This document shows, in pieces, positions 1 to 12,400 of a stretch of DNA of 64,000 bases. Numbering within the stretch: position 1 is the stretch's first letter; every line of letters starts with the position of its first letter. Source of the stretch: Octopus sinensis (taxonomy: Eukaryota); assembly GCF_006345805.1 (NCBI RefSeq), contig NC_043025.1:12090001-12154000 (forward strand), given 5' to 3'. The notes beneath the pieces were generated by a model, which was not told where the DNA came from, did no database searches, and worked only from the letters and a program-made list of their open reading frames with translations. The position numbers were made by a program, and so were the translations under genes.

Positions 1-899
1 ACGTGTGTTTTAAGGTGGATCTTCCGTCAATTTCGACGATGACTCGTTCGGTAATTCTCAGTAAATTCACCGTGACACATTTGAATTATTGTCCCAAAAC
101 ATTCCACGACTCAGCACAAGTCTACCATATATGTATATATATATATTGGTAAAGAATACGCACACCCGGGGTTTAGGGCTAGGAATCTGTCCAGAGACGT
201 GCAACCAATAAAATTAATGGGTGTCCGTCGCTCTTATATGTAAGTAATATAATTTTTCTATATGCTAGACCACTGGTTTTAAATTGCTATTTTTCACTCT
301 TCTTATTTAAGACGGATGATAAAAGTTCTTTCTAATTTCTTACAAAATATTTTGTTACTAACACCATAAGAAATTGTTTTTTATCGTTCACACCTTAGGC
401 AGAATTTATTTCTCTTTCGAATAATGCAGACAATAACCATTTTTATACAGCTTGAAGAATTCTAATGCTAAATTAATATAAAGGTGTCAAACTAACCGGC
501 AAAATTAGTTCAAGAACTTGTAACGCAATTTTTTTGCCAAAATGGGTGGTCACGCACGTACACACACTATATTATGTACATCTATTATATAACATTCATT
601 GTGTGGGACAAGATTCGGATGTCTACCTATCTGGCTGTCTATTCTATTTATCTATCAACACGTGTGTTTTAAGGTGGATTTCCGTCAATTTCGACGATGA
701 CTTGTTCGGTAATTGTCAGTCAATTCACCGTGGCATAATTGTTGGTGAGGCTTGGTCTTTGAATTATTTGTTCCAAAACATTCCACGACTCAACACAAGT
801 CTACCATATATATATATATATTGGTAAAGAATACGTACACCCGGGGTTTAGGGCTAGGAATCTGTCCACAGACGTGCAACCAAACGCATACCCTCCATC

Positions 900-1272
900 A
901 GACACCTACCATACTCTGAGCGCCTTGTTTCCCTGGGCATGGATTCACTGAAGCTCTGGCGACGGACTTGCTAAACACCCACAAAGTTATCAACCACCTC
1001 ACCAACAACACCTTTTTGTTCTCCATGTGTCCAACACGCGTGGACATGACTACAAAGTCAGAAAACAACACAGCTCCCATGACTTTCGGAAACATTTTTT
1101 CACGCTCAGAGTTGCTGAAGCATGGAATAAACTGCCTGCGTCAGTTGTTGACTGCCATAACACTGCATCCTTTAAGGCCCTCATGCTTTCCGAAATCCGC
1201 CGAAACTACACCTGATTATACATACACTTTAGATGAGTTGTAGTGCACCTGAGCACTGTACACAATTATTAT
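900..1272 (+). mobile_element. CR1/L2-type LINE 3' end remnant
   Basis: ORF 1027-1215 reads RGHDYKVRKQHSSHDFRKHFFTLRVAEAWNKLPASVVDCHNTASFK, a typical CR1 ORF2 C-terminus, followed by a short (ATT)n tail. Confidence 0.8.
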
Positions 1273-1837
1273 TGGGTTAGGGTTACGCCGAAGACGGGGG
1301 GTGTCTGTATTCTTTACCTGCTTCTGTTCAGCTTTCTCCCAGAGATTCCTACTAACCCATCAGTAATAAGCTTTCGGCTTGGACCAAAATAGTTTATTTC
1401 ATGATTTCGCTGTTCCATCATGTAAAAAAGAATCACCCTTTTTTTTTTTCTATCTGTAAATCACATATACGATGTTGATGTTGGGCGCACATTAGCCCCT
1501 AAAAAATATTTCCCATGCTATGCGTGAAGTATATTTCTTGCGTTCGTTTAAATTTTAGATTGCTATGAATTATTATTGTTCTGATGAGACGAATAAGGTT
1601 AGGATTTACGAAAGTAAAACCGGTGTATTATATACCACAAGAAGGCTTACAACCATCAGACATTTCAAAATATTGTTTCGTAGATGATAATGTGCCTGCT
1701 ATGATAGGAATTGTTTCTGTTTTTAGATTTCACTATTATTATTATTCTGTCTGATAGCAAGTTTTCTGAAAGGTGGGTGAAGTGTGCAAGAATGGCCTGT
1801 ATAAATGGACCAATTCTGAGGTTTTCACCTGTAATGA

Positions 1838-2125
1838 AGAAAGGGGCTCTCTACCCCCCTTTTGACCAGGCTCCTGTGGCTTTTATGGGTTAGATATTAT
1901 GTAGTATAAAAAAAGAAAGGGGCTCTCTACCCCCCCCCCCTTTTGACCAGGCTCCCGTGACTTTTATGGGTTAGATATTATGTAGTATAAAAAAAGAAAG
2001 GGGCTCTCTACCCCCCCCTTTTGACCTGGCTCCCGTGGCTTTTATGGGTTAGATATTATGTAGTATAAAAAAAGAAAGGGGCTCTCTACCCCCCTTTTGA
2101 CTAGGCTCCCGTGGCTTTTATGGGT
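1838..2125. repeat. Minisatellite of about 75 bp, about 4 copies, upstream of XPC
   Basis: Unit AAAGGGGCTCTCTACCCCCCC(n)TTTTGACCAGGCTCCCGTGGCTTTTATGGGTTAGATATTATGTAGTATAAAAAAAG. Confidence 0.9.
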
Positions 2126-2371
2126 TTTTCCACGTGAGACCTTTTCTTTTTTTCGAAGCGTCTCCTCTATTGGGAGTTTTATAAATTGTTGAATTTTTTC
2201 GTTGTTGTAAAGCTTGTTTACACGGACTTTTTTCTTTCGAAAAACAGACAAACCCTTTTGTAACCTTTCGTCCTGTTTTGTCCCTTTATGTTTTCTAATC
2301 ATGTTTGTCAGCCCTTGTGGCCAATAAAAAGAATTAATTATTATCATTATTTTTATCATCCAACATTTCAG

Positions 2372-3497
2372 ATGAGGTCAAAAGCAGTAAAAACTGGCAG
2401 CGAAAGTTCAACGGCTGATGAAGTTAAATCGGATTTACTAAGCTCTGGTTCTCGGACGAGACCAAGATCGGCGCAGAAGAACTACTATGAATCTGGTAAC
2501 TCCGACGATTCTAGCAGTGATGGGGACGAAGAGCAGCAAAACTGGAAACCAAAGATTCAAAGACCCTTCAGTAAAGCAAGAAGAAGCGAAGAAACTGATA
2601 GCTTTAGTTCAGAAGATGATTTCGAGCCGGAAGCTAAAAAAATTAAATCGAAGAAACTTGGTCAGAATCGAAGTGGCCAGAAGGCCAAAACGAAACTACG
2701 AATTCCTATAACAAATAGCAACAGGACCAGACGGGGTAAAAATAAGGATGATGAGAAGGAAGAGGGTTCGAGTGAGGATGAAGAGAGGAAAGGGATGAAA
2801 ATGGGGTTTAGTTATAATTCTAAGAGTCTTTTATTGAGCAGTGAAGGAAGTGACTCTGATGTTCCTGAGCCTAATTCTTCATTTCTTAAACGTGATGCTT
2901 TGGAAAAATGTAAGCAGGACATTGTGGGCCGTCATGAAAGGGAGCAAAAGCAGGCAGAGGTGGGTAAAGAGCAAGATGTTAAGGGCTCTGGTGAAAATAG
3001 GGCAGCTGAGGAATCGAAGGGGAATATAAAAAGTTCTGTCTTTAATGAATTTTTGTTGGGTGTGAAAGATGTGAATGTCGATAAATGTGGCACTGAATCA
3101 AAAGCTGAGGTGGATGAGAAAAATGTGACTCGTTTGAAAACCTCCGAGAAGGTTGGTGAACCCAGCAAGGGCAAAAGCTCGACGAAGAAGAAAGATAAAA
3201 AAGAATTAGCGGCTGGTTCGAAATCTAAAGGGCCTCATCACGTCAAAGGTGGGGGTAACGATGACGAAGGAGGTTCTGAAGTTGGTGGAAAGAAAGGAAA
3301 ACGAACGAATCAGAGAAAGACAAATGTGAAGAAGAAGGAAACGGTAAAAGCTGGTGATGTGAAAAAAAAGGGGGCAATTGATGAGGATGATATCAGGGCT
3401 ATGCTGATAAAGGTTGAAGGGAACAAGCATCTGAGGGAGCAGAATATGGCAGGGACCACTGAAGATTCGAGTGACTCAGCGTGGGAAGAAGTGGCTG
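2372..3497 (+). CDS. XPC: XPC first large coding exon (Lys/Glu/Ser-rich, predicted disordered N-terminus)
   Basis: Lies within ORF 2288-3571. Acceptor AG at 2370-2371, donor GTAAGT at 3498. Ends in [11 protein letters not shown]. Confidence 0.85.
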
Positions 3498-6400
3498 GTA
3501 AGTTCATTCTTTTTTTGTTTTTTTTTCTGTTACAGTCGTTGGACTGTGGCCATGCTGGAGCACCGGTTTGAAGTGTTTAGTCGATCAAATCAACCCTGGT
3601 ACTTTTTTTTTTTTTTTTGTAAGTCTTGTATTTAATATATCGGTCTCTTATGCTGAAACTACTAAGTTACGGGGATGTGAACAAACCAACTTTGGTTGTC
3701 AGGCATTGCGGTGAGGGACAAACACACACAGAGACATGCGCACATGAAGATACAAGTTATAGGGATGTAAACAAACCAACTCTGGTTTGAAGCCTTGCCA
3801 TGAAACTAGACAGAGGCATGCACACAGTTGACAAATTAAGTACCAGTTACACACTGGAGGTCGATATAATCGACTTAATTCCTTTGTCTGTCCTTGTTTG
3901 TCCCCTCTGTGTTTAGCCCCTTGTGTGGGTAGTAAAGAAATAGGTATTTCATCTGCCGTTACGTTCTGAGTTCAAATTCCGCCGAGGTCGACTTTGCCTT
4001 TCATGTGTGTGTGGCTCCCAGGTACAGTCATGGCTGTGTGGTAACAAGCTCGCTTCTCAACCATATACCTCCGGGTTCAGTTCCACTGTGTGGCACCTTC
4101 GGCAAGTGTCTTCTACTATAGCCTTGAGCCAGGCTCGATTAAACAAGTACCAGTTACGCACTGGAGTCAATGTAATAGAATTACCCCCCTCCCTGCAGAT
4201 TTCAGGCTTTGTGCTTATAACAGAAAGGATTCTTATCTCCGTTGTTCCGCAGATGACCCGACCTGTGCCTCCAGCAGTACAAGACAGCCCCAGGAATCCA
4301 TTGAAATCACACTGGAACATGAGGAGTGGATGAAGAGGAAGAAGAAAAAGTTGAGTAGCAGCCTCTTGGATTCTTTGATTTCTGTGTATCTGTTGAGTTG
4401 TGTGTTAAAAGGGATTTTGCTAATGTTTTTAGCAAATCAAATGACCATGTAGAGGCATACATATATGTATGTATATGTGTATATATGGGAGGCACAATGG
4501 CCCAGTGGTGAGGGCAGCGGACTCGCGGTTTCGATTCCCAGACCAGTCATGGCGAGTGTTTATTGAACAAAAACACCTAAAAGCTCCACAAGGCCCCTGC
4601 AGGGGTGGTGGTGATCCCTGCTGTACTCTTTTGCTACAACTTTCTCCCACCCTTTCTTCTGTTGGCCTGCTCCCTTAGCCAGCAGGGTGGCGTCATTTGA
4701 AGGCTAAAACTATGTGAAGCGCATTGTGACCAGCGATGTTCTTAATTTTGATCTCGTTTGAATCGCAGAACAAGAGGTGGTTTCATGAGTGTTTTTTCTT
4801 TGTATTTGTAGAAAGAAATCCTATCAAGAAGAATGGCAGGCGTTTCTAAAAAGGATTATCAACAACTTTCAACGCAATCTGAGAATTCAAACACACAAGG
4901 TGAACTTATCCACTTGTTTGCTTTGCTCTATATATATTTATCCATCTTTATCTTTTGCAGCTTGTCATTCATTGGACAGTGGCTATCCTGGGGTACAAGT
5001 CTGAAGAGTTTTAATCAAACTAACTGATCCCAGTTCTTACATTTTTCTAGGTATTGTTGGCCCCTTTTTTGCTGAACCACTAAGTTACAGGGACATAAAC
5101 CAACCCTGGTTCTCAAGTGCTGGCAGGGTGACAAACATAGACACACATACATATGACAGTCTTCTTTCAGTTTCTTATATATATTATAGGACAGGCTTCT
5201 TTTAGTTTCCTTATTTCTTTACTGCCCACGCACAATATATTGCCAATGGTCTCGGTCACTTGTCCCTGCTTCTATGAGGCCCCAATACTGAAAGAGTGCT
5301 TTTTATGTGCCACTAGTGTTGGCCACAACTATGATTTCACTTCGCTTGACAGGTCTTCTCACAGATGAAAGTTGGAGACAGGAAGAGCATCCGGTGTGTG
5401 GGAGGTATTGAACAGGGCAAGGCAGCGAGCTGGCAGAAACGTTAGCACACCGGGTGAAATGCTTTGCGGTATTTTGTCTGCGGTTACTGAGTTCAAATTC
5501 CGCCGATGTCCACTTTGTCTTTTATCCTTTCGAGGTCGACTTAATCCGTTTGTCTGTCCTTGTTTGTACTCTCTGTGTTTAGCCCCTTGTGGGTAGTAAA
5601 GAAATAGGTATCCATGTTGGTGACAGATAAGAGGCACTCATGCTGGTAACATGTTAAAAGCACTCAATCCTTTCTATTAAAGGGCTTAGGCTTGAAGACT
5701 TTGCCATTCTCCCTGAGTGTTAAACTAATACACCCATCTTTATTTTTCATTTTCTGTAAATTTGTACTACGATGTGAATCTTTCCAGTTTCATCATCGTT
5801 TTACGTCCGTTTTCCGCGCTAGCATGGGTTGGACGGTTCGACCAGGGGCTGCACCAGGCTCCATCTGCCAAATCCACATACAAGGATCGGTCAGCCCGAG
5901 ACCTTAATTAAAGACCCTTGCCCAAAGTATTCAAGCATCCAGTTCAACGCCCTGATTCCTGTCCCTTGTTAACACGGCCCCCAACATACTGAAACTTATT
6001 TTTGTTTGGTTAATTGTTTTTATCTCCTTGATTGGTTTATTTCAGGTGCATCTAATCTGCTGCCTCTGTCATGGAATGCACCTGAACAGAATCTGCAACG
6101 ACCCCACGGTCCAAGCTCTCGGTCTTTCGTTAGTGACACAGGTGCCACCACGGCACAAGCTCACGTTAACGAATGTCAAAGATGTCATAATTAATTTCTC
6201 CAAGACGATAGAAATTCATACGAGAGAAAATCCAGATGGCAGCAGCAGCCATGAGGACGACGTAGGTTTTCTGTTTCTTGTCCTTCTTCTTCTCATCTTT
6301 TTTTTTTGCTTCAGCTTCTCTTTCTTCAGCTGTCTTCTGCTGCTCTTCCTCTCCTTGCTCTTCCACTTCCTCCCCTTGCTCTTCCACCTCCTCTCCTCGC

Positions 6401-9400
6401 ACCCCACTCCTCCCCTTGCTCCTCTGTTTTTTCTTCTTCCTCCTTCCCCTCTACCTCCAATGCCTTTTTCCTGCTCTGTCTTCTGCCCTCCCCCACCTAC
6501 CCTTCCTCTTCTCCCTCTCCTTTTCTACTCCCATAACCCCTCTTTTCCCTCCTCTTCTCTCTACCCCTCCTTGCATAAACCCAAATACCACCTTCAGGTA
6601 TCCGATCGGGTCACAGTTCTTTTTCGTTCTACATTCTTCCCTTCTCCTCTTCTCCATTCCAGTTTTCCTGTGATGCCGTAATGGAAGCGTTGTCTCTTCG
6701 CAGAGCGACCAGTGCCAAAGAACTAGTTTTGGTAAGTTTAGTCTTCATCTCATTTCTTCACTTCACCATGCACCCATCCCCATCAGCACCAACCACTGAG
6801 GCACAATGGCCCAATAGTTTGGACAGCGGTCGGAAGAGCGTAGTTTTGATTCCCAGACCGGGCGTTGTGTGTGTTTATAGAGCAAAAACACCTAAAAGCC
6901 CCATGAGGCTCTGGCAGGGGGTGGTAACAACCCCTGTTGTACTCTTTCGCCCCAGTTTCTTGTCCCCGACTTCCTACACAACCGCTGAGCCTGGATGCGC
7001 ATTCATCCATCCGTCGATGCTCTCGGTGTCGGGGGTTGGCCTGCTTTCTCTTCTGTGGGTCTTACGAATAGCAAAGGACCACGTTTCGGTCTTCTCCCAC
7101 AAGGACGAAGACCGCTACGCTCAACAGCAACAGCAGGTGGAGGCACAATGGCCCAATGGTTAGGGCAGCAGACTCGCTGTCGGAGAATCGTGGTTTCGAT
7201 TCCCAGACCGGGCGTTGTGTGTGTTTATTGAGCGAAAACACCTAAAGCTCCACTAGGCTCCGGCAGGGGGTGGTGGCGACCCCTGTTGTACTCTTTCGCT
7301 CCAACTTTCTCTCACTCTTTCTTCCTGCTCTTGGTGTCGGGGGTTGACCTGCTTTCTCTTCTGCAGGTCTTACGAATAGCAAAGGACCACGCTTCGGGCT
7401 TCTCCCATCTTGCGAGCTCTGGGACGAAGACCGTTTGCTCAACAGCACCAACCCCTCCCACACACCGGATGCTCTTCCTGTCTCCAACTTTCATCTGTGA
7501 GAAAACCTGTCAAGCCAAATGAAATCATAGTTGTGGCCAATGCTAGTGGCACATAAAAAGCACTCTTTCAGTATTGGGGTCTCATAGAAGCAGGGACAAG
7601 TAACCAAGACCATTGACAATATATTGTGCATGAGAAGACCCATCAAACCAATAGCAGTCATAGCTGATGCTGTTGTTACATAACTGGTACGTAAAAGGCA
7701 CCCATTACACTCTTGGTGCCCTCCTCTGGACTGCAAGCTCCTGTCAAGCTGTCCAACTCATGCCAGCATGGAAAATCATTATCAAATGATGACAAAAAAG
7801 AACTTCTTATCACCATAGTAACACCCGTGTTCCCTTTGTTTCCCAGTTTGAAATCACAAATGTCTCTAATCTCTCATTAATTCCCTTGTTTCAGATGGTT
7901 GCTGCCATGCTGCGGGCCCTTGGTTTAAAAATCCGCATTGTTCTCTCCTTTCATCCGATACCCATGAAAGACACTAAGGTAAGTAGATGTCTGACCAGTG
8001 TTTCTCAACCTTTTTAACATGTAGTATTACCCATTATAATAGGTATATCATATCTCCCTGAGAAAGTGTTTTTGTAAAATTTCCTAACTGTATAAATGTA
8101 CAAAGATTTATTGAATTTCGAAAATCTGTCCATACTGTATCACCACAGAGTGAATGTTAAATAGATTGGAATGGGTTTATGTTCAATTCTCTTGTATAAG
8201 ATAGGAAGGAAAATAAGATAGAAAGAAAAATAGGGAGCAAAAAATAAGGGGGAAGGTTACTGGAGGTAAAAGACAAGGGTAATAAAAGCGAAAAATAGTA
8301 AAAATAAGGATAATAAAGTTAGGACCACATATAAATAAGAATAAAGTAATAAAAACAAGAGAGTTGAGACTATAAAGTAGAGTAAGAGATAAGACACTAA
8401 AGGGGTTGAGAATATGAATTTGGCTTTGATGGGATGGTAGGGGTCATAAATAACTTCTTAATTTCGAGGTTGTAATTTGATATTGTGATGAATGGTCAGT
8501 TTACACAAATCCACCACTACAAGTTACTAGTTTTATAAGTTTGTGTGTGTGTGTATATACACACATATATATAAGTATGCCTCTTTATACACAGCATTAA
8601 AAACATGGAATTACACACACATATCTACAGTTAAAACCTAGTAAATATATACATACACTATTAAGCATATATATAGATATCTATACACACACATGTATCT
8701 TTGTATACACGCACACACATGCATACATATATATATCTGCATACAGAGGAGGATGTGGCTAATAATACTAATCAACCATTTTGCAGGAAAAGACAAAAGT
8801 GAAGAGCCAGACCTCGAAAAAGACAAGCTCCGCACCTGACAATTCGGCAAAAGATGCCGAAAGTAATGCGGAATCAAGTGCAGGGGTTAAACAAACTGAA
8901 AGCAGGAAAGGAAAGAGCAAGGCCCCAAAGACAGTGAAAGTGAAACTAGAGCGAGAACCCTCAGAAGAAACTACTACAAAACTCAGGAAATGCCGCCCAA
9001 GTCGTGCACGGAAAGCAAATATAAGTTATAAAGATGCTGACAGTGATGACTCGTCGGATGAGATTAAGCCTGAAGTGAAGAAGGAACCCTCGAGGAAACC
9101 TACGCAAAAAGCAGCATCGGAAAAGTAAATATTTTTTATTTTTGTTATCATTATTATTAGTATTATTATTCCATGACCCTAGTACTAGGGGGAGATATGG
9201 TGTTAACCTTCTCACCCCCCCCCCTTGACATTTTCTTGCTGTCTTCTTAGGAATGTGGATTTATTAGGAGGAGAGGGTTCCCAAGCCCCTCGCTCCTGCC
9301 CCCTTTTAGTTGCCTCTTATTATGCCACAAAGGGAATATGGTGACTGTATTCTATCGATCCCCCCACCTGCCCGTCCATTCGCAGGGGTGTTTGCTAGTT

Positions 9401-12400
9401 AATCCATAGATGGGGCCCTTGCAGATGCTACCACTCCGGGCCAGAGTAGACCTGGGAACAGTAGTGGCTAAGAGGTGGTTCTACACTCCTGAAACCAGGG
9501 CCCAGGGTCCCACATTAGTTGTCAAGTGATGTTGGGGGGGGGGAGCACACACACATACATATCTATATACATATATACGACAGGCTTCTTTCAGTTTCCG
9601 TCTACCAAATCCACTCACAAGGCTTTAGTCGGCCCAAGGCTATAGTAGAAGACATTTGCTAAAGGTGCCACGCAGTGGGACTGAACCCGGAACCATATGG
9701 TCAGGAAGCAAACCTCTTGCCACACCTGCACATGTATCATATTCTTTTGATTGATCTGTAGAGTCTTATTCCATGATTGATTGATAATCTATTTTGTGAT
9801 GGATCTGTGTATTGATTTCGTATTCTGTGTTTCTGCTGTTACAGTTCCGGTTCATCGAACAGCGATTTTGAAGAGGACACAATTGAGTTTAGAAGTGCTG
9901 AGAAAAAGAAGACGAGTCGAAAGACGAAAACGGTTGCCAAGACGACATCTCACAAACTCCTCTCCAGCAGTTCTTCAGACAACAGTTTATCGGTCAAACA
10001 CGGTAACTATATTCTCCATCTGAGAAATACTTAAATAGCTTAACCCGCCCCCCCCTTTTTTAGTCCCAGCGACCTTTGACACTTCACTTGGTAGCAAAAG
10101 GTTCACATTGAAATTAAAGACTTAATCCAAATTATTTAATCATAACTTTAATTATAAGCACCATCTGTTTGTGGCCGTTTGCCAGCTGCGGGTGGCACGT
10201 AAAAAGCACTCACTACACTCGCAGAGTGGTTGGCATTAGGAAGGGCATCCAGCTGTAGAAACACTGCCCGATCAGACTGGGCCTGGTGCAGCCTTCTGGC
10301 TTCACAGACCCCAGTTGAACCGTCCAACCCATGCTAGCATGGAAAGCGGACGCTAAATGATGATGATGAACTCGAAGAATGATACAAGATATAGGTGGGG
10401 AACCTATATGCCAAGGAAACCAGCCCTAATGAGCCAGGCATGGCTCAAGAAGGAACAAGCATCATCATCATTTAACGTCCGCTTTCCATGCTAGCATGGG
10501 TTGGAAGGTTCAACTGGGGTCTGGGGAGCCCAAAAGCTGCACCAGTCCAGTCAGATCTGGCAGTGTTTCTACAGCTGGATGCCCTTCCTAACGCCAACCA
10601 CTCCGAGAGTGTAGTGGGTGATTTTATGTGCCACCGACACAGGTGCCAGATGAGGCTGGCAAACGGCCACGCTCGGATGGTGTTTTTTATGTGCCACCGA
10701 CACAGGTGCCAGACGAGGCTGGCAGACGGCCACGCTCGGATGGTGTTTTTTATGTGCCACCGACCAGCTGGCAGACGGCCACGCTCGGATGGTGTTTTTT
10801 ATGTGCCACCGACACAGGTGCCAGACGAGGCTGGCAGACGGCCACGCTCGGATGGTGTTTTTATGTGCCACCGACACAGGTGCCAGATGAGGCTGGCAAA
10901 CGGCCATGATCGGATGGTGTTTGTTACGTGCCCACAGCACGGAGGCCAGTCGATGCGGTACTGGCTACGGCCACGTTCGGATGGTTTTCATGTGTGCCAC
11001 GTGCCACCGGCACTGGTACCACAAAGATACAAATTCCATTATGTTCATCTATTTTGATTTGTTGAGCAAAACACCACCCCACCGTCCAATGGACGGTGCT
11101 GAGTTGTCAAACATTTAAACCAAATTTTCTCAAAACAATTTGTCCGACCGTCCCCATAGCCCTCCCCTTTGAGAAACACTGATTTGACCTTTACTATATT
11201 TTTGTTAATTAGCAAAAAGTTAAAAAATGTCCATCCTCAAGCCTGACAATATTTTTATTATATTTTTTAGATTTAGAGACTTGGATTGAGATTTACCTTG
11301 AAAAAGAAAACAGATGGCTTTGTAAGTATAACCTTGACTACATGTGGCTATATCACATGTGTATAGTCTTATATATGTGTGTGTATATGTTTGCGTGTTT
11401 GTCCCCCCAACATTGCTTGACAACCAATGCTGGTGTGTTTATGTCTCCGTAACTTAGCAGTTCGACAAAAGAGAGCAATAGAATAAGTACTTGGCTTACA
11501 AAGAATAAGTATATGCATGCACTGGCAGTGTGACCCGGCGTTGCCAGGTCATAGTGCTAGTTTCTGTTTAAACCAGCCATATCAGGCCAAAATTATCTTC
11601 CTGTTTTATTCTCAAACCAGCCAGCTCTGACCTCTCACGCCTACCCTACAAAGTCATTCTAAAAATAAACAGGGACATCATCAAAATCTCAGTTACAAGA
11701 TGCTGTACAATTAATTTAAAACAATGTAATTAAACAGGCTTTACATTTGACAGAGTAATCTGAATGCTAAAGGCTTAAATTTCTTCGTCTTATGGCTGAT
11801 GTTTTTGTATTCTTCTACTTTTCCTTCCAGCCGTGGACTGTGTTGATCATGTGTTTGATGACGTTGGTCACTTTGGCAAATTGTCCAGCCAGCAGCTAGT
11901 TTATGTTATTGCGTTTGATAATGGTGAGTAGCGTTAATCCTGCCGTCTTCTTTTCCCTCTTTCTGTCTCTCTGATCCCTTTATTCCTGGTTTTATAGCTG
12001 TGAGGTGAAAGAGTTCAATTCCTAACCACAGACTTGGATCCCATTGCATGGAATCTTGGGCGAGTGGCTTCTAGCCCTGGCCCAACCACAACCTCGTAAA
12101 TGGATTCATCAACATCTGTTTTCCATCAGCCATTGTTGATCCTCATGAAAATGCATTTGGTCGTACGAAGATTTACTTTTCCGTGCCTTGGGATCAGTAT
12201 GAAACTAACTAGCCATTGATTAATGCTTCGTTTGGATAACGAGTCAATTTTGTGTTTTGTTTCAGATGGCTACCTCAAAGACTTGACTGCTCGCTACTCT
12301 GATGACTTCCTGGTGAAAACGAGAAAGCTACGAGTGGACAAAGAATGGTGGGATGAGACACTGAAGCCTTATGTAAATACGAGTGCAGACGATGTCAAAG

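Noticed and set aside
1575-1620. CTGATGA...GAAAGT hammerhead-like spacing
   Set aside because: Stem II and stem I do not pair convincingly; at best a decayed remnant.
6262-6662. 217-aa ORF 6028-6681 with a hydrophobic, transmembrane-like tail
   Set aside because: It is XPC exon 4 read through into a CT-rich intron; the Leu/Phe/Pro/Ser bias follows from the base composition.
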